From positions 1 to 37,997 of the forward strand of contig CAZZBA010000005.1 of the NCBI GenBank assembly GCA_964652765.1: DNA of 37,997 bases, written 5' to 3'. Under the pieces are notes generated by a model. The model saw nothing but the letters and a program-made list of their open reading frames with translations, was not told where the DNA came from and made no database searches. The stretch comes from an uncultured Victivallales bacterium. GTDB lineage: Bacteria; Verrucomicrobiota; Kiritimatiellia; UBA8416. The first letter of the stretch is position 1, and each line of letters opens with the position of its first letter. The position numbers and the translations under genes are program-made. Below are positions 32,110 to 37,997 of this stretch, piece by piece.

Positions 32110-35100
32110 ATGGCCACAACCGATATACGCTGGTTTTCGAGAAACCGAATGGCTTGCCTGTTGGTGGTTGGTGCATTTGCAGCCCATTCTCTGTGTTACG
32201 GAGCGGCTGGCGATTTCAGCAATCCCATTCTTATCGCCACCGCAGCGGATCTGAGTAATATCCGCACGAATCTGGGGACTACGATCAACTATGTCTATTA
32301 CAAGCAAACCGCTGACATTGACCTTTCCGGGTACGCCAACTGGCAACCGATTGCCGCCGGCAGTCCCAGTGCGTATGTGCATTATGACGGTGATAACCAC
32401 AAGATCCTCAATCTGAACATTTCCCGCAGCGGCACATCCAATGTCGGCTTGTTCGGTCATCTGAGTGGTAGTATCCGTAATCTTTCGCTGGAATCGGGTT
32501 CGGTGGTCGGCAATACCGAAGTAGGCGCGTTTGCAGGCATGCTTTTCAACGGCTCGATATCGAACTGCACATCACGCGTGACGGTTAGCGGGTCAACAAG
32601 CGCGGGCGGTTTGGCGGGCTGGAATCAAGGGGGCACGATTCAGAACAGCTCCGCGCGAGGTGGCTCCGTTTCCGGATCGAATTATGTCGGCGGTTTGGTG
32701 GGCTATAATGCGGGCGGATCATTGGCCTATAGCTTTGCAGCCATGACGAATAGCGGCGTGTCTAATTCAGGAGGGCTGGTCGGGTTTGCATCGGGCGGGA
32801 GCGTGACGGCCTGCTATTGGGACAAGCAAGTCAGCGGGAAATCAACCTCGGCAGGTTCACCCACCAATGCTGGCCTGACGACGGCGGACATGAAACTGCG
32901 CACCTCGTTCACAAATTGGAATTTCACGTCCGTCTGGCAGTTGTATACCGGCAAGAGCTACCCATACCTGCGGGCATTGGCGGATGATGTCGCCACCCCG
33001 GAGTTGACGCCCGGCAGCGGTGGGTATCCCGGTGCGTCGGTGATGGTGACGGTGACCTGTCCTACGCCCGGGGCAACAAACCATTATCTGATTGGACGAT
33101 CCACCCCCACGGATACGAATGCCGTGGTCGCCTCGGGTGGAAGCGTCAGTGTACCCATCGGCGAGACACTGAATGTCGTGGCCTGGGTTCCCTATATGAA
33201 TCCTTCGCCTGTGAGAGAAGCAACCTATACGCCTGCGCCGCCTGCCGACCCACCGACTGCCGATCAGCTAGCCGGGGCGTATCCGGGGACCAATCTCGCT
33301 GTTGTGCTGAGCAGTACCACCACGAATGCCACGATCCGCTATACGACGGATGGCGGCGCCCCGACGAATACCAGTCCATCGGTTGCCTCAGGCGGCACTG
33401 TAAACGTGCCGATTCCATCGGTTCTGAAGGCGAAGGCTTATCGCAGTGATCTGAACCCGAGTGCTGATCTGGTGGTGGTTTATACCAATGCCGCACCTGT
33501 GGCCACTCCTGCGTTCAACCCGAATGGTGGCGAATTCGCTGGCACGAACGTGTCGGTGGCGATCACTTGCGCCACAGCCGGGGCTATGATCCGCTACACG
33601 ACCGATGGCAATGATCCGACGGAGATGAGCGCGGGCAGTACGTCGAATGTGGTGGTGATGGTGCCGGTGCCGGGCACACTCAAGGCTCGGGCGTTTCGTG
33701 AAGACCTGAATCCCAGCGCGATCCGTACGGCGGCCTATACGAACGCGGCCCCCGTGGCAACGCCTGGATTCAGTCCGAATGGCGGGACGTTTGCCGGCAG
33801 CAGTGTCTCCGTCACGCTAACCTGCGCCACCGCCGGGGCGATCATTCGCTATACGACCAACGGCGATGATCCCACGGAAGCCAGCCTCGGCGTTACTAAC
33901 GGGGTGGCGATTTCCGTGCCCGTGCCCGCCACGCTCAAGGCAAGGGCATACAAGAGCGGATTGAACCCGAGCGCGTTGCGAACCGCGCTTTATGAGAATG
34001 CCGCCAACACGGCTACGCCGACTTTCAATCCGGATGCGGGGGCCATCGCGGCAGGGAATGTGAAGGTGACCATCAGCGGCACGACGCCGGGAGCGGTTAT
34101 CCGGTATACGACGGATGGGAATGACCCGACGGAAGTCAGCAACAGCGGGGCTTCCGGTATGGTTGTAACGGTCGCGGTGCCCGGCACGCTCAAGGCCAAG
34201 GCCTGGGCGTCCGGTCTGAACCCGAGCTCGATCAAGACGGCGAATTATACGACGGCTGCGGTGGTGTCCACGCCAACGTTCAGTCCGGATGGCGGTGCCG
34301 GAGCGGCGCCGGTGACGCTCAGTTGTGCCACGTCCGGGGCCTTGATCCACTACACGACCAACGGGATGGATCCGACATCGTCGTCGCCTTCTGTTTCGCA
34401 CGGTGCATCTGTTTCCGTGCCATCGCCGTCGACCCTGAAGGCGAAAGCGTTCAAGACCGGGTTGTTCCCCAGTCCGGTGAAGGTGGCGTATTACGGGGAT
34501 TTTGCCGGTGGATCTGGTACCTTGCAGGATCCTTACCGCATTGCCAATGCCTTGCATCTTGACAAGGTTCGCAATTATCTCGGTGCGCATTTTGTAATGA
34601 TGGCTGATATCGACCTAGGCGTTTCTCCGTGGAACAGCGGCGCAGGGTGGTTGCCGATTGATGATGGCGGTAATGGTTTTGTGGGTACGTTTGATGGTGA
34701 TGGGAATGTGGTCAGTAATCTTTATATTTCCCGCTCCACATCGGATTATGTCGGTCTCTTTGGATATGTAGGCACGTCAGGGCACATTTCAAATCTAGGA
34801 GTGAGGTCTGGTACGGTTGTCGCCAGAAATCGTGTTGGCGGGGTGGCCGGGGCGAATTATGGTGTGATCTCGAACGTGTTTGCGGAGTGTTCTGTATCTG
34901 CCTCCAGTTTATATGCTGGCGGGTTGGTTGGATTTGCCGGTCCTGCCAGCGTCCATGTTGACACGTATTCAACGGGCCCCGTGAGTAGCGGTAGCTCGAT
35001 TGCCGGTGGGTTGATTGGGTTTGCCAATTCAGGCATGTCCGCGTTGAGCAGCTATGCGGCAGGATCGGTGACGGCGCCAACTGCGAAGGGCGGGCTGATC

Positions 35101-35676
35101 GGGCAAACTGTAGGAACCATCATCTGCAATAGCGCGTACTGGGATACGCAAACCAGCGGGCTGTCCGGTTCGGCCGGAGGAGCGTCTGTGATCGGGCGCA
35201 CGACGGCGCAGATGCGGCAGCAGGCCACGTTTGGCGGGTGGGATTTCGCAACTGTCTGGCGGATTGATGAAGGCGTCGATTACCCGCGGCTGCGTGTGTT
35301 TGATCGGTCGTCTTCATCCGAGCCGCCAACCAACTGGGTGATTCGGTTCTATGGTTCGGTGGCGGCGGCCCCCGAGACGTCCGTCAGGGAATGGCCGCTG
35401 TTCTGGGAATATGTGGCCGATACTGATCCGACCGATCCCGGCTCGCTTTTCGCGGTGATAACGGCGTCCTCGGCGACCAATACCCTGTCGATATCGGTCA
35501 ACAGTTCCACGGGCCGCGTGTATCGCCTGCTTTCAACCCCTTCGCTGGAGGCGGCGAACTGGCAGCCGGTCGGCGGGGTGGCTGCGCAGGACGGCACGGG
35601 CGGCCCGCTGAACCTCAGCGCACCCGCTCCATCTGTCCGTACATTCTACCGGATCAGCGTGGAACTGGCAGATTGA
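32110..35676 (+). CDS. Secreted surface protein: GLUG-motif region, 6 tandem chitobiase/beta-hexosaminidase C-terminal (Fn3-associated) repeats, second GLUG-motif region, C-terminal beta domain
   Basis: GAGGTG SD before ATG 32110 (ATG 32149 is an alternative). Signal-like N-terminus. VGLFG/VGGLVG repeats. Six VATP.F.P.GG...I.YTT.G.DP...LKA.A units at about 32989-34495. Confidence 0.88.
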   Translation: MATTDIRWFSRNRMACLLVVGAFAAHSLCYGAAGDFSNPILIATAADLSNIRTNLGTTINYVYYKQTADIDLSGYANWQPIAAGSPSAYVHYDGDNHKILNLNISRSGTSNVGLFGHLSGSIRNLSLESGSVVGNTEVGAFAGMLFNGSISNCTSRVTVSGSTSAGGLAGWNQGGTIQNSSARGGSVSGSNYVGGLVGYNAGGSLAYSFAAMTNSGVSNSGGLVGFASGGSVTACYWDKQVSGKSTSAGSPTNAGLTTADMKLRTSFTNWNFTSVWQLYTGKSYPYLRALADDVATPELTPGSGGYPGASVMVTVTCPTPGATNHYLIGRSTPTDTNAVVASGGSVSVPIGETLNVVAWVPYMNPSPVREATYTPAPPADPPTADQLAGAYPGTNLAVVLSSTTTNATIRYTTDGGAPTNTSPSVASGGTVNVPIPSVLKAKAYRSDLNPSADLVVVYTNAAPVATPAFNPNGGEFAGTNVSVAITCATAGAMIRYTTDGNDPTEMSAGSTSNVVVMVPVPGTLKARAFREDLNPSAIRTAAYTNAAPVATPGFSPNGGTFAGSSVSVTLTCATAGAIIRYTTNGDDPTEASLGVTNGVAISVPVPATLKARAYKSGLNPSALRTALYENAANTATPTFNPDAGAIAAGNVKVTISGTTPGAVIRYTTDGNDPTEVSNSGASGMVVTVAVPGTLKAKAWASGLNPSSIKTANYTTAAVVSTPTFSPDGGAGAAPVTLSCATSGALIHYTTNGMDPTSSSPSVSHGASVSVPSPSTLKAKAFKTGLFPSPVKVAYYGDFAGGSGTLQDPYRIANALHLDKVRNYLGAHFVMMADIDLGVSPWNSGAGWLPIDDGGNGFVGTFDGDGNVVSNLYISRSTSDYVGLFGYVGTSGHISNLGVRSGTVVARNRVGGVAGANYGVISNVFAECSVSASSLYAGGLVGFAGPASVHVDTYSTGPVSSGSSIAGGLIGFANSGMSALSSYAAGSVTAPTAKGGLIGQTVGTIICNSAYWDTQTSGLSGSAGGASVIGRTTAQMRQQATFGGWDFATVWRIDEGVDYPRLRVFDRSSSSEPPTNWVIRFYGSVAAAPETSVREWPLFWEYVADTDPTDPGSLFAVITASSATNTLSISVNSSTGRVYRLLSTPSLEAANWQPVGGVAAQDGTGGPLNLSAPAPSVRTFYRISVELAD

Positions 35677-35677
35677 A

Positions 35678-35730
35678 GGCTTCGCCAGTTGCCCTCTCAT
35701 GCGCAGCGGCTCGGCACAGCCTCGCTCCCC
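35678..35730 (+). repeat. 36-bp imperfect direct repeat (partner at 37106-37141) running into a REP-like element
   Basis: 30/36 identity with 37106-37141, first 13 nt (GGCTTCGCCAGTT) identical. CGGCTCGGCACAGCCTCGCTCCC resembles the 12759 and 37135 elements. Confidence 0.7.
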
Positions 35731-35773
35731 AGAGACGTTAACCAGTAACGAATGGGGCACAACAGCCTTTATC

Positions 35774-35789
35774 GTAAAGTATGCTTTAC
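35774..35789. promoter_or_regulatory. Near-perfect 16-bp palindrome GTAAAGTATGCTTTAC upstream of the ATPase gene (possible operator)
   Basis: One mismatch from a perfect palindrome. The half-site CGTAAAGT recurs at 35806-35813. Confidence 0.4.
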
Positions 35790-35849
35790 ATTATCATGAT
35801 TATTCCGTAAAGTGCAGTTGTCTGTTTATGGAGTGATCGGGGGTTGCAA

Positions 35850-37055
35850 ATGTTTGAAGAGCTTTATTACATTCATCGCAAAACGGTTGAAGAGGTGCCA
35901 ATGGCGTTCAAGCGCTATTTGCACGGCGGGATTGATTGGGAGGCAAGGCACATTTGTATAACTGGCTGTCGTGGCACAGGTAAAACCACGCTACTGCTAC
36001 AACACTATGTCGAGACCTATAACGATGTTGAAAAATGCCTTTATATCTCCGCCGATCATGTAGCGGTGGCCGGGATCGGTTTGTTTAAAATCGCCAGCGA
36101 ATACTTCAAGCTCGGTGGCCAGGCGATCATTATTGATGAGATTCATAAGTCGCCTGATTGGGAAGCGGAACTCAAAAGTATTATTGATACATTCAAGCAG
36201 AAGCAGGTTCTGGTTTCCGGCAGCTCGTCCATACAATTGAAACAGGGTAAAGCTGACCTTTCCAGGCGCGTGGTTTATTATCATCTCAAGGATCTTTCAT
36301 TCCGGGAATATCTGGAACTGAAAGAAGACACCAAACTCCCGGTGCTGTCGCTCGATGATTTGCTAGATCGGCATGTCCACTGTGCTGAGTTGATCACCAA
36401 GAGTAGATCCATTCTGAAATATTTCAACGCTTACCTTGCCGAGGGGGCTTATCCGTTTATTACCGAGGGACAAAGCACGTATTTATCCAAGCTGCAGAAT
36501 GTGATCGAGAAGGTGCTTTATGAAGATGTGGCGATCGCGGCCGACATGAAGCAGGCTAATATTCCTGTGCTGAAGAAGATCCTCTGGCTGATTGCCGGCT
36601 CGGTTCCATTCCAGGTCAACATCGAGAAAATGAGCCGCGAACTTGGAATATCCAAAGCGTATGTCTATCAGTATATCGACCATCTGGGTGCGGCGGGGCT
36701 TATCAATCCGGTTCCCCACGAAGGCACCGGATACAAAACCGTACGCAAACCGGCGAAAATCCTGATGGCGAATAGTAACCTGCTGTTTGCCGTCAACCGT
36801 GCCATGTTGGCGGAAGCCGAACGGGGATGTGTCCGCGAAACCTTTTTTGTGAGTCAAATGGCGCCGCTTTTCAAGACGACGATATCCGGTAAAGGTGATT
36901 TCAAGATAGCAGATCGGTATGTCTTTGAAATTGGCGGGGCACGAAAAGGGTATGGCCAGATCAAGGATATCGAAAGCGCCTTTATTGCTGCTGATGGGAT
37001 TGAGGTTGGTTTTGCAAACAAGATTCCGCTTTATCTGTTCGGGTTCTTGTATTAG
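35850..37055 (+). CDS. AAA_14-family ATP-binding protein (AAA_14/DUF4143-type)
   Basis: Walker A GCRGTGKT, Walker B IIIDEIHK, SGSSS, LS.R, LSFREYL, YL..G.YP, HTH-like segment, RETFF and C-terminal FEIGG...IPLYLFGFLY. TTG 35844 is an alternative start. Confidence 0.9.
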   Translation: MFEELYYIHRKTVEEVPMAFKRYLHGGIDWEARHICITGCRGTGKTTLLLQHYVETYNDVEKCLYISADHVAVAGIGLFKIASEYFKLGGQAIIIDEIHKSPDWEAELKSIIDTFKQKQVLVSGSSSIQLKQGKADLSRRVVYYHLKDLSFREYLELKEDTKLPVLSLDDLLDRHVHCAELITKSRSILKYFNAYLAEGAYPFITEGQSTYLSKLQNVIEKVLYEDVAIAADMKQANIPVLKKILWLIAGSVPFQVNIEKMSRELGISKAYVYQYIDHLGAAGLINPVPHEGTGYKTVRKPAKILMANSNLLFAVNRAMLAEAERGCVRETFFVSQMAPLFKTTISGKGDFKIADRYVFEIGGARKGYGQIKDIESAFIAADGIEVGFANKIPLYLFGFLY

Positions 37056-37105
37056 CGCCGACTCATGCGCTTGCGCGGCCGGGGTGGCACCCGTCTAGCG
37101 GGGAC

Positions 37106-37251
37106 GGCTTCGCCAGTTTCATTCTCCTCCGCATCGGCTCGCGAGGACCAGTCTTCGCATGGCTACGCCCGACAAGCGCTCGCCCTCTAGCCGGCAATCG
37201 AGCGTTGTATACAAGTATGGGGGGCGCGCGTCCTCGCGAGCCGATGCGGAG
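37106..37251. repeat. REP-like inverted pair, one copy interrupted by a 29-bp element
   Basis: Perfect 22-bp inverted repeat at 37127-37148 / 37230-37251. The match resumes (8/10) at 37178-37187 / 37220-37229 after skipping 37149-37177. Confidence 0.8.
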
Positions 37252-37307
37252 CAAGGGCATGCCTGGCAGACCCCAGAAAACTTTTTTTAATAAGTTGATT
37301 TTTTTTG

Positions 37308-37336
37308 TTGCAATTCGAAACGTGTTCAACTAGTGT
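37308..37336 (+). promoter_or_regulatory. Putative rrn promoter P1
   Basis: TTGCAA-17 nt-TAGTGT, preceded by A/T tracts (UP-element-like). Confidence 0.6.
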
Positions 37337-37428
37337 TTGCGGTCCGTTAACGAACGGCAGGCCGGTTATCAAATGCTGACCTGGGCAAGTGCCCCTGGGA
37401 AAAAAGTTAAAATTTTTCAAAATAGGGG

Positions 37429-37457
37429 TTGACGCGAGAGAATGAGTCTGATAGCTT
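37429..37457 (+). promoter_or_regulatory. Putative rrn promoter P2
   Basis: TTGACG-17 nt-TAGCTT with extended -10 TG and upstream A/T tracts. Confidence 0.75.
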
Positions 37458-37465
37458 GTTTGTCG

Positions 37466-37498
37466 CGTCTGGAGAAGCAGACGAACGATCTTTGAGAA
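37466..37498 (+). promoter_or_regulatory. rrn leader antitermination signals (boxB-like hairpin + boxA)
   Basis: Hairpin CGTCTG-GAGAAG-CAGACG (37466-37483), followed by GATCTTTGAGAA (37487-37498), which resembles the boxA consensus. Confidence 0.65.
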
Positions 37499-37635
37499 CT
37501 GAATAGTTTACGACAATTTTATCACTTCGATTCGGAAGTGGTACGATTTACCCAATTATCAGTGAAAATTGGTAATGCTTGTGAATTGAATCTTACTCGA
37601 ATGTTTAATTACCCTTCGGGGTGATACATATTTAA

Positions 37636-37997
37636 ACTATGGAGAGTTTGATTCTGGCTCAGAACGAACGCTGGCAGCGTGGATTAGGCATGCAAGTCGA
37701 ACGGAAGGTGGTTCAAACAATCCTTCGGGAACGTGAGAATTGCCGAGAGTGGCGAAAGGGTGAGGAACACGTGGGCAATCTGCCCTCAAGTTGGGAATAG
37801 CCCGCCGAAAGGCGGATTAATGCCGAATGTGGTTCAGGGTCGCATGGCCTTGACACTAAAGGTGGGGATCTTCGGACCTGCCGCTTGATGAGGAGCCTGC
37901 GTACGATTAGCTTGTTGGTGAGGTAACGGCCCACCAAGGCTATGATCGTTAGCTGGTCTGAGAGGATGGTCAGCCACACTGGGACTGAGACACTGCC
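37636..37997 (+). rRNA. rrs: 16S rRNA, 5' part (truncated by the window end)
   Basis: AGAGTTTGATTCTGGCTCAG at 37643, then CATGCAAGTCG, TTAGCTTGTTGGTGAGGTAACGGC, GGTCTGAGAGGATG and CACACTGGGACTGAGACAC. The 5' end is estimated. Confidence 0.98.

Noticed and set aside
32989-34495. DNA repeats as a DGR template/variable pair
   Set aside because: They are in-frame protein domain repeats, differences are not confined to adenines, and no reverse transcriptase is present.
37063-37979. Short minus-strand ORFs at 37063-37329, 37187-37420 and 37713-37979
   Set aside because: They overlap REP elements, rrn promoters and the 16S gene, and show no coding features.

Overview
Bacterial chromosomal window, about 60-65% GC in the large genes, with every credible gene on the + strand. 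The partial 16S rRNA at the right end has PVC-superphylum signatures; Kiritimatiellota/Lentisphaerota/Verrucomicrobiota is my inference. About 29 kb is a three-gene locus. It holds a ~3,900-aa exported protein fusing a gingipain-like C25 cysteine protease to a subtilisin (S8) plus an NHL propeller, a 278-aa membrane-anchored protein, and a ~5,475-aa exported protein with a second subtilisin, seven LamG-like domains, a YfaP-like domain and dozens of DxDxDG Ca-binding repeats. Next come two toxin-antitoxin pairs (hicBA and DUF4160/DUF2442) bracketed by repeats, a lipoprotein, a GLUG/Fn3-associated-repeat surface protein, an AAA_14/DUF4143-type ATPase, and the promoters and 5' part of an rrn operon. 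Main leads: (1) a shared C-terminal domain on all three large exported proteins, a possible sorting signal; (2) strong Thr-Asn enrichment in exported proteins; (3) nested domain-in-domain architecture; (4) repeat-delimited gene cassettes; (5) REP-like elements, one translated in-frame and one interrupted by a second element. All family assignments come from reading motifs by eye; no database search was run.
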